Positions 39,935-49,027 of a stretch of DNA of 64,000 nt are shown here, piece after piece (within the stretch, counting starts at the first letter, position 1; every line of letters begins with the position of its first letter). The stretch is taken from assembly GCF_004765795.1 (NCBI RefSeq), contig NZ_SBIV01000001.1, forward strand, positions 186,001 to 250,000, in the 5' to 3' direction. Origin of the DNA: Halorussus marinus. Its GTDB lineage: Archaea; Halobacteriota; Halobacteria; Halobacteriales; Haladaptataceae. A program made the translations under genes and the position numbers. The notes under the pieces are model-generated. The model had not been told where the DNA came from, did not search any database, and was given only the letters and a program-made list of their open reading frames with translations.

Positions 39935-40924
39935 ATGGACACCGCACTCGTCATCGGCGGCACGCGGTTCGTCGGCCGCCATCTGGTCGAGCAACTGCGC
40001 GAGCACGACTACGACGTGACCATCTTCAACCGCGGAAACCACGACAACCCCTTCGCCGACGCGGCCGACGTCGACCGCGTCGAGGGCGACCGGACCAACG
40101 ACTCCGCGCTCGAACTCGCGGCCGAGCGGGTCGACCCCGACGCCGTCTTCGACTGCGTCGCCTACAAGCCCCGCGAGGTCCGGGCCGCGACCGAGATATT
40201 CGCCGACGTCGACGCTTACGTCTACGTCTCCAGCGGCGACGCCTACGCCAGCGAGGAGCTCCCCAAGCGCGAGGGCGAGACGGCGCTCCGGCCCTGCACG
40301 GCCGAGCAGGCGACCGACGACTCGGGCGACACCTACGGCAACCGGAAGGCCGAGGGCGACCGCGCGATCGCGGCCGCCGCCGACCGCGGGGTGAACGCTT
40401 ACAGCGTCCGGCCCTGCATCGTCTACGGCCCCTACGACTACACCGAGCGCCTCGACTACTGGATCGATCGGGTGGCGAACTACGACCGCGTGGTGGTGCC
40501 CGGCGACGGCGACAACGTCTGGCATCGTGCGTACGCCCCGGACGTGGCGAGCGCGCTCCGGATCGTCGCCGAGGAGGGGACGCCCGGCGAGGCGTACAAC
40601 GTCGGCGATCGGCGCGCCGTGACGATCGACGAGATGGTCGAACTGATCGCCGACGCGCTCTCCACCGACGTGGAGGTCGTCCACGCCGGCGACCGCGAAC
40701 TGGCGGCCGCCGATCTCTCGGCCGAGGACTTCGTGCTCTATCGGGAGTACCCCCACCTCCTCGACACCGCCAAGCTCGCCGATCTCGGGTGGGAGTCGAC
40801 GCCGCTCGACGAGGCGATGGCTCGAACGGTCGAAGAACACCTCGACAGCGACCGCGACGGCGCCGAGTGGGATCCGGGCCGGGAGGCCGAACGGCGAGTC
40901 CTCGGCGTGCTCGATACGCTCTGA
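39935..40924 (+). CDS. NAD-dependent epimerase/dehydratase family protein
   Basis: GGTRFVG, VSS, YGNRK and RPCIVYGP. Confidence 0.88.
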   Translation: MDTALVIGGTRFVGRHLVEQLREHDYDVTIFNRGNHDNPFADAADVDRVEGDRTNDSALELAAERVDPDAVFDCVAYKPREVRAATEIFADVDAYVYVSSGDAYASEELPKREGETALRPCTAEQATDDSGDTYGNRKAEGDRAIAAAADRGVNAYSVRPCIVYGPYDYTERLDYWIDRVANYDRVVVPGDGDNVWHRAYAPDVASALRIVAEEGTPGEAYNVGDRRAVTIDEMVELIADALSTDVEVVHAGDRELAAADLSAEDFVLYREYPHLLDTAKLADLGWESTPLDEAMARTVEEHLDSDRDGAEWDPGREAERRVLGVLDTL

Positions 40925-41070
40925 GCGATCGAGAAGACGTTAACCCCGCCGTTCGACCGTTCGAAGGCCCGTACTACCCGTTTCAGGTGGCTGATAACAA
41001 TCACCCCCGAGAGCGACTGGTAGCTCATGGCACGCACGCGTCGCAACCGAGCCGGGTCCGGGGGTCGGCG

Positions 41071-41742
41071 ATGATCCGCCACGCGCTCCGGGCGACGGTC
41101 CGGGCGTTCGGCGTCGTCGCCACGACCGCCGTCGAGGTCACCGCGCTGTCGGTGTGGCTCGGGCTCGTCGCCGACGCGTCCCCGCTGTCGATTCCGGCGG
41201 CCGTCGGCGTCGCCGCGCTCGGCGCCGGCCTGCTCGTGGCGGGGCTGGGCGCCCACGTCACCGTCAAGGGGTGGCGCCGCGAGGTACCGGCCCCGCCCGT
41301 GGTGGCGCTCGCGCTCGCCGAGACGGCCCTGTGGGTCGGGTGGTTCGGCGCCGTCCGGCGAGTCGGCGACCCCGTCGGGGTCGCGTTGGTCGGGGTCGCG
41401 CTCGCGGTCGGACTTGCGCCGCGTCACGCGATCGCGGACAACCTCCTCCGGAGTCGCCGGCCGCTCTCGACGCTGGTCGGGCGGGTGCCGGCGGGCCTCG
41501 CGCTGGTCGAGGCCGCGGGCGCGACCGTCTGGGTGCTCGTCGTCACCGGGTGGGTCGTCGTCCCGGAGTGGGTCGTCACCGTCCCGACGGCGGGGTTCTC
41601 GGCCGGCGCCGTCGTGGGCGGGGGCGTGCTCGCCGGCGCGCTGTTCGTCCGGCACGCGCTCGCGGTGCGGTACGCGCTCCGGGCGAACCGCGACGTCGGG
41701 ACCGCGGGCTGGCAGTCGTCGTGGGGGACGCCGCCGGAGTGA
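41071..41742 (+). CDS. Hypothetical multi-pass membrane protein
   Basis: Hydrophobic helices with repeated E-x3-W-like segments (EVTALSVW, ETALW, EAAGATVW). Confidence 0.65.
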   Translation: MIRHALRATVRAFGVVATTAVEVTALSVWLGLVADASPLSIPAAVGVAALGAGLLVAGLGAHVTVKGWRREVPAPPVVALALAETALWVGWFGAVRRVGDPVGVALVGVALAVGLAPRHAIADNLLRSRRPLSTLVGRVPAGLALVEAAGATVWVLVVTGWVVVPEWVVTVPTAGFSAGAVVGGGVLAGALFVRHALAVRYALRANRDVGTAGWQSSWGTPPE

Positions 41743-41835
41743 CTCGATCGGCGAGCCGACCGCGCCTCCGCGGGCGCCGGACCGACCCCGCCGGAGAGGG
41801 CAAACTGTTTCACCCGCCGCGAGAGAACCGTAGGT

Positions 41836-42885
41836 ATGTTCGACAAGTCGACGTGGATTCGGCTCCCGCGCAACGTGGTAGTCGGCCACGGCGTGCTCGA
41901 CCAGACGGTCGAGGCGGTCTCGGAGCTCCACCTCCGGGGCCGGCCGCTGGTCGTCACCAGCCCGACGCCCCGCCGGGTCGCGGCCGACCGGGTCGCCGAG
42001 GAGTTCGCGGCGGCCGGCGACGACCCCGAGACCGTCGTGGTCGAGGACGCCAGCTTCGACGCGGTCCAGCGAGTGATCGAGGTCGCTCGCGAGGCCGACG
42101 TCGGCTACCTCGTCGGCGTCGGCGGCGGCAAGGCCATCGACATCGCCAAGATGGCGAGCCACGACCTCGAAACCGGCTTCGTCTCGGTGCCGACCGCCGC
42201 GAGCCACGACGGCATCGTCTCGGGCCGGGGTTCGGTTCCGGAGGGCGACACCCGCCACAGCGTCGCGGCCGCGCCGCCGCTGGCGGTCGTGGCCGACACC
42301 GAGATCCTGGCCGACGCGCCGTGGCGGCTCACCACCGCCGGCTGTGCCGACATCATCAGCAACTACACCGCGGTCAAAGACTGGCGACTCGCCAACCGGC
42401 TCCAGGGCGTCGAGTACTCTCATTACGCCGCCGCGCTCGCCGAGATGACCGCCGAGATGCTGGTGGGCAACGCCGACACCATCAAGGAGGGCTTAGAGGA
42501 GTCGGCGTGGGCCGTCGTGAAGGCGCTCGTCTCCTCGGGGGTCGCGATGTCGATCGCCGACTCCTCGCGGCCCGCCAGCGGCGCCGAGCACCTCTTTTCC
42601 CACCAGCTCGATCGCATGGTGCCCGACGCCGCGCTCCACGGCCATCAGGTCGGGGTCGGCACCATCGTCGCCGAGTACCTCCACGGCGGCGACTGGCGCG
42701 GGGTCCGCGAGGCGCTCGCGACCATCGGCGCGCCCACCACCGCCGCGGAGTTGGGCATCGACGACGCGACCGTGGTGGCGGCGCTCACCTCGGCCCACGA
42801 GATCCGGGACCGCTACACCATCCTCGGCAACGGGATGAGCGAGGCCGCCGCGGTCGAGGCCGCCGAGACCACGGGCGTCATCTAA
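41836..42885 (+). CDS. egsA: sn-glycerol-1-phosphate dehydrogenase
   Basis: GGGKAID, PTAASHDG, SSRPASGAEHLFSH and LHGHQVG. Confidence 0.95.
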   Translation: MFDKSTWIRLPRNVVVGHGVLDQTVEAVSELHLRGRPLVVTSPTPRRVAADRVAEEFAAAGDDPETVVVEDASFDAVQRVIEVAREADVGYLVGVGGGKAIDIAKMASHDLETGFVSVPTAASHDGIVSGRGSVPEGDTRHSVAAAPPLAVVADTEILADAPWRLTTAGCADIISNYTAVKDWRLANRLQGVEYSHYAAALAEMTAEMLVGNADTIKEGLEESAWAVVKALVSSGVAMSIADSSRPASGAEHLFSHQLDRMVPDAALHGHQVGVGTIVAEYLHGGDWRGVREALATIGAPTTAAELGIDDATVVAALTSAHEIRDRYTILGNGMSEAAAVEAAETTGVI

Positions 42886-43313
42886 CGCTCGTCGTCGGCG
42901 ATCCCGAGGAACGCCAGCGCGCCGCCAAGCAACGCGAGGTTCTTGACGAAGTGGGCCTGCTGTTGGTCGCGCTCTGCCTCGTCGTCGATCGTCCAGAAGT
43001 CGTGCATCAGCGGCGTGGTCGCCGCGAGGAACGTCGCGACCGCGCCGGCCGCCAGCCGCGGGAGCTTCCAGACCGCGAGCCCGGCGCCGCCGAACACCAG
43101 CGCGCCGCTGATCGCGGGCACCGCGGCCTCGGGCCGGGGCGCCCCCTCGCTGTCGGCGTACGCGATCATCCCGTCGAGGTCCCGGAAGTTGTCGAGCGCG
43201 GTGAGCGCGAGCGCCCCGCCGAACAGCAGGCGGGCCAGCCTGAACGCCGTCGATTTCGTCGGTCGTTCGGTCGCCGCGTCGTCGCTGTCTCGCTCGGTGG
43301 TTTTCAGTGACAT
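42882..43313 (-). CDS. DoxX family membrane protein
   Basis: RLLFGG, HDFW and HFVKNLALLGGAL. Confidence 0.85.
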   Translation of the reverse strand: MSLKTTERDSDDAATERPTKSTAFRLARLLFGGALALTALDNFRDLDGMIAYADSEGAPRPEAAVPAISGALVFGGAGLAVWKLPRLAAGAVATFLAATTPLMHDFWTIDDEAERDQQQAHFVKNLALLGGALAFLGIADDER

Positions 43314-43630
43314 CGGCGACGATACGCCGGTGGTCGACTTACGTCTGTTCGCCGCCTTTCGGCGCCGACGGGGCCGGGTCGGGTCGGCGGTTCGGGGTGG
43401 CGGTCGCTTCCGGAGCGATCAGTCGGCCCGCCCTCGGTCGGTTAGCCGAAGCATATCTCCGAGCCACCGGCGTGGCGTTTCGGATCTCCGGACGTAGGTG
43501 CCGCCTACCTCCTCTCGCGAAGGCGATGATTTCGCGTCTCGGATAATTGTAAGATCGAGAACATATATTACGATTGCCACGAGTGCTACGTGTGCGACCG
43601 GCCCCGCCTCGCCCGCCCTCCGTGACCACG

Positions 43631-44233
43631 ATGAACACGGAACTCCTCGAACGAACCCAGTCTCAGGACGCGACCGACGAAGACAGCGATCGCGACCGCG
43701 ACCGCGAGCTCTCCCGGGAGGTGGTCTTCGAGATGCTGAGCAACCAACGCCGCAGGTACGTCGTCGATTATCTCCTCGCACGCGAGGGCCTCGCGGAGTT
43801 GCGCGACCTCTCCCGGACGGTGGCGGCGCGGGAGAACGACAAGCGACCCGAGGCGGTGACCGCCGAGGAGCGCCGGCGGGCCTACAACGCGCTCCAGCAG
43901 GTCCACCTCCCGAAGATGGACGACGCCGGACTCGTCGAGTACGACGCCGACCGGAGCACGCTCGCCGCGACCGACGACCTCGAAGAGCTACAGGTGTATC
44001 TCGAAGTCGTTCCCGGCAACGAGATCCCGTGGAGCCAGTACTACGTTCTGCTGGGACTGCTCTGTGGATCCGTGACGGTCGCGGCGTGGGCCGGGACCCC
44101 GCCGTTCGGGAGCCTGCCCGGCCTCGCCATCGCGGCCGGGGCGTCGCTGCTGGTGACGGTGTCGGGAGTCGCCCACGTCTATCACAACCGCGAGATGCGC
44201 CTCGGCGGGGGCGATCGGCCCCCGAGCGCGTGA
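43631..44233 (+). CDS. Membrane-anchored winged-HTH protein (DUF7344-type)
   Basis: LSNQRRRY, VAAREN and LQQVHLPKMDDAG; two C-terminal TM helices. Confidence 0.8.
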   Translation: MNTELLERTQSQDATDEDSDRDRDRELSREVVFEMLSNQRRRYVVDYLLAREGLAELRDLSRTVAARENDKRPEAVTAEERRRAYNALQQVHLPKMDDAGLVEYDADRSTLAATDDLEELQVYLEVVPGNEIPWSQYYVLLGLLCGSVTVAAWAGTPPFGSLPGLAIAAGASLLVTVSGVAHVYHNREMRLGGGDRPPSA

Positions 44234-44263
44234 CCGGCGCGACCGGGCGGTGTCGCTCGCCTC

Positions 44264-46081
44264 TCAGACGTGCTCGTCGAGGAACTCCGCGACGGTGGTG
44301 TAGGCCTCGATCCGGTTCTGGAGTTTCGTAAAGCCGTGGCCCTCGTCGTCGAAGATCAGCTTCTCGACCGGGACGCCCTGATCGGCGGCCTCGGCCGCGA
44401 TCTGTTCGGCCTCCTCGACCGGGACCCGGGGGTCGTTCGCGCCGTGGAGGACAAGCAGGGGCGCCTCGATGCGTTCGATGTTGTTGATCGGGCTGATCGA
44501 CTCCAGCAGGTCGCGGTCCTCGTCGAGCGAGCCGTACTCGGCCTCCCGGTGTTCGCGGCGCCAGTCGCCGGTGTTCTCGAGGAAGGTGACGAAGTTCGCG
44601 ATGCCGACGATGTCGACGCCCGCGGCCCACAGCTCCGGATACTCCGTGAGCGCCGCCAGCACCATGAAGCCGCCGTACGACCCGCCCATGGCGACGATCC
44701 GATCGGCGTCGATCTCCGGGCGGTCCCGGAGCCACTCGACGCCGGCCTCGACGTCCGCCACCGAGTCCATCCGCTTTTCGACGTCGTCGAGGTGGGTGTA
44801 GGTCGCGCCGTAGCCCGACGACCCCCGGACGTTGGGCTCGAAGTACGCGTACCCGCGGTTCAGGAAGTACTGCTTGACGGGGTGGAAGCTCGGGCGGCGC
44901 TGGCTCTCGGGGCCGCCGTGGATGTCGACGACGACCGGGATCTCGCCCGCCTCGGCGTCGCGGTCCGCACCGTCGGGCACCGAGAAGAACGCCGGGATCT
45001 CCCTGTCGTCGAACGTCTCGTAGCGCACGAGTCGGGGGTCGACGAACGACTCTTTCGGGAGTCCCGCCGCGGCGGCGTCGGTCCAGCGTTCGGTGTCGCC
45101 GGTCTCGACGTCGACGACGTGGACGTTCGCGTTCTCGGCGCTCCCCGTGACGGCGACCGCGAACCGGTCGGCGTCGCCGTCGAACGCCACGCCGTAGTGG
45201 ATTCCGCCGGGGAGGTCTGGCGCGGGGAACTCTCGGAACGACGTCTCGGCGGTGAGTTCGCCGACGGTCAGGTCGGTGTAGCCGTCGACGTTGCGGCCGT
45301 AGACGAACCGGCCGGTGTCGTCGTCGAGCCCGAACCGCTCGACGTTCCAGTCCCCGCCGTCCGCGACGAGGTCGAGGGCGCCGGTCTCGACGTCGAGGCG
45401 CGCGAGGTAGGTCGTGTCGGCGTCCCGGTCGGTCACCAGATAGAGCGCGTCCCCGTCGGGGCCCCACTCGACCTGCTGGTACCGGACGTCGCCGTCGTGG
45501 GGCGTGAGGTGATCGAGGTCGCCGGTGTCCAGATCGAGGACGTACACGTCGTAGTCGAAACTTGAGTGCATCTCGACCACCGCGAGCGCGTCGTCGTCGG
45601 GACTCCACCCCGCGACCGAGAGCCAGCCGTCGCCCTCGTGGACGCGCTCGGCGTCGTCGCCGACCTCGTCGCGGCCCTGAACGTAGATGTCGAACGCCGA
45701 CTCGTCGCGGCGGTTCGACGCGAACGCGAACTCCGAGCCGTCGGCGTTCCACCCGCCCCAGTAGTGGATCGCCTCGGGGGTGTCGGTCAGCGGCGTCACC
45801 GTCTCCCCGTCGCCGTCGAGCCGGAACAGCTGGGTGCGTTCGTCGCCGCCCTCGTCCATCCCGAAGACCAGTTCGTCGCGCTCGGGCGACCACGACGCGA
45901 AGCTGACCCGCTCGTCCTCGAAGGTGAGCTGGCGGGGCCACCCGGTCGGCTCGTCGAGTCCCCACACCTGCGGGACGCCCGTGGTGTCCATCAGCACAGA
46001 GAGGCGCTCGCCGTCGGGCCCGAAGGAGGGGCCCGATGCGGTCCGCACGTTGAGATACCGCTCGAAATCGTAGGTCGGCAT
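44264..46081 (-). CDS. S9 family (prolyl oligopeptidase / acylaminoacyl) peptidase
   Basis: Beta-propeller repeats, HGGP, GGSYGG, HGANDPRV and EGHG. Confidence 0.92.
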   Translation of the reverse strand: MPTYDFERYLNVRTASGPSFGPDGERLSVLMDTTGVPQVWGLDEPTGWPRQLTFEDERVSFASWSPERDELVFGMDEGGDERTQLFRLDGDGETVTPLTDTPEAIHYWGGWNADGSEFAFASNRRDESAFDIYVQGRDEVGDDAERVHEGDGWLSVAGWSPDDDALAVVEMHSSFDYDVYVLDLDTGDLDHLTPHDGDVRYQQVEWGPDGDALYLVTDRDADTTYLARLDVETGALDLVADGGDWNVERFGLDDDTGRFVYGRNVDGYTDLTVGELTAETSFREFPAPDLPGGIHYGVAFDGDADRFAVAVTGSAENANVHVVDVETGDTERWTDAAAAGLPKESFVDPRLVRYETFDDREIPAFFSVPDGADRDAEAGEIPVVVDIHGGPESQRRPSFHPVKQYFLNRGYAYFEPNVRGSSGYGATYTHLDDVEKRMDSVADVEAGVEWLRDRPEIDADRIVAMGGSYGGFMVLAALTEYPELWAAGVDIVGIANFVTFLENTGDWRREHREAEYGSLDEDRDLLESISPINNIERIEAPLLVLHGANDPRVPVEEAEQIAAEAADQGVPVEKLIFDDEGHGFTKLQNRIEAYTTVAEFLDEHV

Positions 46082-46436
46082 GAGACACCGTATCGAGCCG
46101 ACGGACAAAGCGCTTTGGACTCCGGCATCGGCGCGTCCGTCCGGGCGGTCCCCCCGAGTAGACTCGGCTTATACTCGCCGCGAACGGGTAACTACGGATG
46201 GAACTCGGGTAAGCCGAGATTCCGGCCCGTGACACCCTTACGCACGCTCCCGGCACGGGTCGACCCGGTCCGGCCTCGACCGACGCGACGCCGACCGGAA
46301 ACCGGTGGAGAACGCCGAGTTTCTACCGACGCGAGCCGACGCAATTTGATGTTACGTTTTTGAACAGTCTCGGGGAGTCCTAAACGGTCGAATCGGTTTA
46401 TGAGGTCTTCTAACTTCCGTTTCTGCCGAGATTCGT

Positions 46437-47051
46437 ATGGACTCTGGAACTACGCGCCGCGCTCGAAGCGACGCTCGTCTGTCCGGCACGGACGCCGACG
46501 GGGCCTCTCCCTCCCGGGACGAGGTGTTCGACGCCGTCAAGAACCTCCGGCGGCGATACGTCGTCTACTACCTCCAGCGATACGGGAGCCCGGTCGAACT
46601 CGGCGAACTGGCCGAACAGGTCGCGGCGTGGGAGAACGACACCACCGTCGGCGACGTGTCGCCAAGCGAGCGCAAGTCGGTGTACAGCGCGCTCCACCAG
46701 ACCCACCTCCCGAAGCTTCAGGCGGCCGGCGTGGTCCACTACGACGCCGACCGGAGTCTCGTGACCACCCCCGACCACGCGGCCCGCCTCGACCTCCAGC
46801 TCGCGAGCGACCCGCACACGTCGGTGCCGTGGCACCGGGTCTATCTCTCGCTCGCGGTACTGAGCCTGCTGGTGTTGGCCTCCGTCTGGCAGGGGGTGGC
46901 GCCGTTCGCGATGGTGTCGGCCGTCGAGGTCGCGCTGTTCGTCACCGCCGGGTTCGGTGCGATCGCCATCGGCCACACCTACGACCTGCGGCGCTGGCGC
47001 CGACGCGCCGACGGCGCCGCGCCGGACTTCATCCTCGAACTCGACGACTGA
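46437..47051 (+). CDS. Membrane-anchored winged-HTH protein (DUF7344-type), paralog of 43631-44233
   Basis: KNLRRRY, VAAWEN and LHQTHLPKL; PW followed by two TM helices. Confidence 0.8.
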   Translation: MDSGTTRRARSDARLSGTDADGASPSRDEVFDAVKNLRRRYVVYYLQRYGSPVELGELAEQVAAWENDTTVGDVSPSERKSVYSALHQTHLPKLQAAGVVHYDADRSLVTTPDHAARLDLQLASDPHTSVPWHRVYLSLAVLSLLVLASVWQGVAPFAMVSAVEVALFVTAGFGAIAIGHTYDLRRWRRRADGAAPDFILELDD

Positions 47052-47099
47052 CTGTCCCGAAGGGTTGGGTTTTTAATCGGGCGCTTCGTGGCGCTTCGT

Positions 47100-48239
47100 A
47101 TGCGCGTCGCGTTCGTCTCGGAGACGACGGCCCACCACCGGGAGACCGGGGCGACTCGGCGGACCCGACGCACCGCCGAGGCGCTGGTCGAGCGCGGCCA
47201 CGACGCGGTCGTCTGCTGTGCGAAGTGGTGGGACGGCGACCACGAGACCTTCGAACAGCGCGGCGTGACCTACCGCGCTGTCACCGACCGCCCCGCCCGC
47301 GACGCCCGACGATTCGCCGTCTCGCTCCCGGCCGCGCTCCGGGCGGCCGACCCCGACGTGATTCAGGTGTCGCCCGCCAGCCCCGGCCACGTCCTCGCGG
47401 CGAAGGCCGCGGGCGTCGCCGTCCGCGCGCCAGTGGTGGTCGACTGGTACGACTCGCCCGACCCCGGCGACAGCGAGGACCCGCTGTGGCGGCTCGCGGC
47501 CCGGCTCCCCGAACTCGTGTTGGCGCCGTCCGAGACGGTCCGGACGCGGATCCGCGAGTTGGGCGCCGACGGCGAGGCCGTCCGGGTGGTTCCGAACGCG
47601 ATCGACCTCGACGAGATCCGGGCGGCCGAGCCCCGCGAAGTCGCCGACGTGGTCTACTCCCGACGGCTCGACGAGGACGCCAACCTGGAGAGCCTCCTGC
47701 TCGCGCTCGCGGAGCTCCGGGACCGCGACTGGTCGGCGGTCGTGATCGGCGACGGGCCCGAACGGGACGTCTACGAGCGACAGGTCCGGGACCTCCGGAT
47801 CGAAGACCGGGTGTCGTTCGCGGGCGACCAGCCGCTCGAAAACCGGCTCGCGACGTTCAAGGGCGCCCACGTCTACGCACAGACCGCCCGCCGGGAGTCG
47901 TTCCCGACCGACCTGCTCCGGGCGCTGGCTTGCGGCTGTGCGGGCGTCGTCGAGTACCACGTCGATTCGAGCGCCCACGAGCTCGTCGAGCAGGAAGACC
48001 GGGCGTTCCGGACGACCAGCGAGCAAGAGCTCACCGACGCGCTGGTCGCGGCCGCCGAGATGGAGCCGATGACCTACAACGAGAACTTCACCGAGTTCGA
48101 CGAGAGCGCGGTCCTCGACAAGTACCTCGCCGCCTACGACGAGGCCGGCGAGCGGCTGAGCTGGGTCGAGCCGGCCGCGGTGGCCGGCGGCGTGCTGGTG
48201 GTCCTCGCGCTGGTCGCGCTCCTGATCGTCGCGCTGTGA
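47100..48239 (+). CDS. Glycosyltransferase family 4 (GT-B)-like protein with C-terminal TM anchor
   Basis: MRVAFVS, RGHD, VVPNAID, IGDGPER and ESF..LRALACG. Confidence 0.8.
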   Translation: MRVAFVSETTAHHRETGATRRTRRTAEALVERGHDAVVCCAKWWDGDHETFEQRGVTYRAVTDRPARDARRFAVSLPAALRAADPDVIQVSPASPGHVLAAKAAGVAVRAPVVVDWYDSPDPGDSEDPLWRLAARLPELVLAPSETVRTRIRELGADGEAVRVVPNAIDLDEIRAAEPREVADVVYSRRLDEDANLESLLLALAELRDRDWSAVVIGDGPERDVYERQVRDLRIEDRVSFAGDQPLENRLATFKGAHVYAQTARRESFPTDLLRALACGCAGVVEYHVDSSAHELVEQEDRAFRTTSEQELTDALVAAAEMEPMTYNENFTEFDESAVLDKYLAAYDEAGERLSWVEPAAVAGGVLVVLALVALLIVAL

Positions 48240-48255
48240 GCCGACTGTCGGCCCG

Positions 48256-48978
48256 TCAGCTTCGGATTCGCTCCCAGCCCCGAAACGTCAACAGGAGTCC
48301 CGCCAGTCGCGAGCCGAGCGTCACCGTCGAGTCGGTCCGTCGCTTCCAGTCGGCGTCGCTACAGAAATCGCCGCCCGACGCGACGCAGTGGGTTCTCTCG
48401 CCGCCGTACTCCTTGTGGCCCGTTCGGTGCACGAAGTAGTACCCGCCGTCGAACTGGAGTAACTGATTCGTCCGGGCCAACAGCCGATAGGTCACGATCC
48501 GTCCCGACTCGACGGCCCTCCGTTCGCGGGGCCGGAGATCGCTCGTCGCCACCATTCGAAGCGGATCGGAGTCGGTCACCGGTTCGAGCGCCAACTGCGC
48601 CTCGCCGGCGCGGTCGACGGTCGTCGGGCGGAAGAATCGGTCGCCGAGGGCGACGAGCCTGAACTCCGCGTGGAAGTCGACGCCCGCGCTGGCGCCTCCG
48701 GGGACGGGTCCGTTCCGCTGGACGGCGCCAAACACCCCGCACGTCCACCGATTCCAGTGGGCCTCGCAGGCGATTTCGTCGTCCACCGGGAGCGGTTCCT
48801 TTTCGGCGCCGTCGTCCACGCCGCGGAGTTCCAGCCCCGTTCCGCTCTCGTACTCGACCGAGACCGCGCTGTACTCGTACACCGCATCCGATCCGAGGTG
48901 GACGCCGGGGACCAGCGGATTGAGGAGGAGCGCGAGTCCGGCGGCGAGGACGGCCACCGACACCCATTCGGACTCCAT
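48256..48978 (-). CDS. Hypothetical membrane or surface protein
   Basis: N- and C-terminal hydrophobic segments; two Cys pairs in the central domain. Confidence 0.6.
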   Translation of the reverse strand: MESEWVSVAVLAAGLALLLNPLVPGVHLGSDAVYEYSAVSVEYESGTGLELRGVDDGAEKEPLPVDDEIACEAHWNRWTCGVFGAVQRNGPVPGGASAGVDFHAEFRLVALGDRFFRPTTVDRAGEAQLALEPVTDSDPLRMVATSDLRPRERRAVESGRIVTYRLLARTNQLLQFDGGYYFVHRTGHKEYGGERTHCVASGGDFCSDADWKRRTDSTVTLGSRLAGLLLTFRGWERIRS

Positions 48979-49027
48979 GCGTCTCCGTCAGGAGACCACG
49001 ACTACCCTCAAGAAAGTGTGGGACCGT

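Noticed and set aside
43419..46256. 945-aa minus-strand ORF
   Set aside because: Alternative-frame shadow of the S9 peptidase; Arg/Pro-rich and not acidic.
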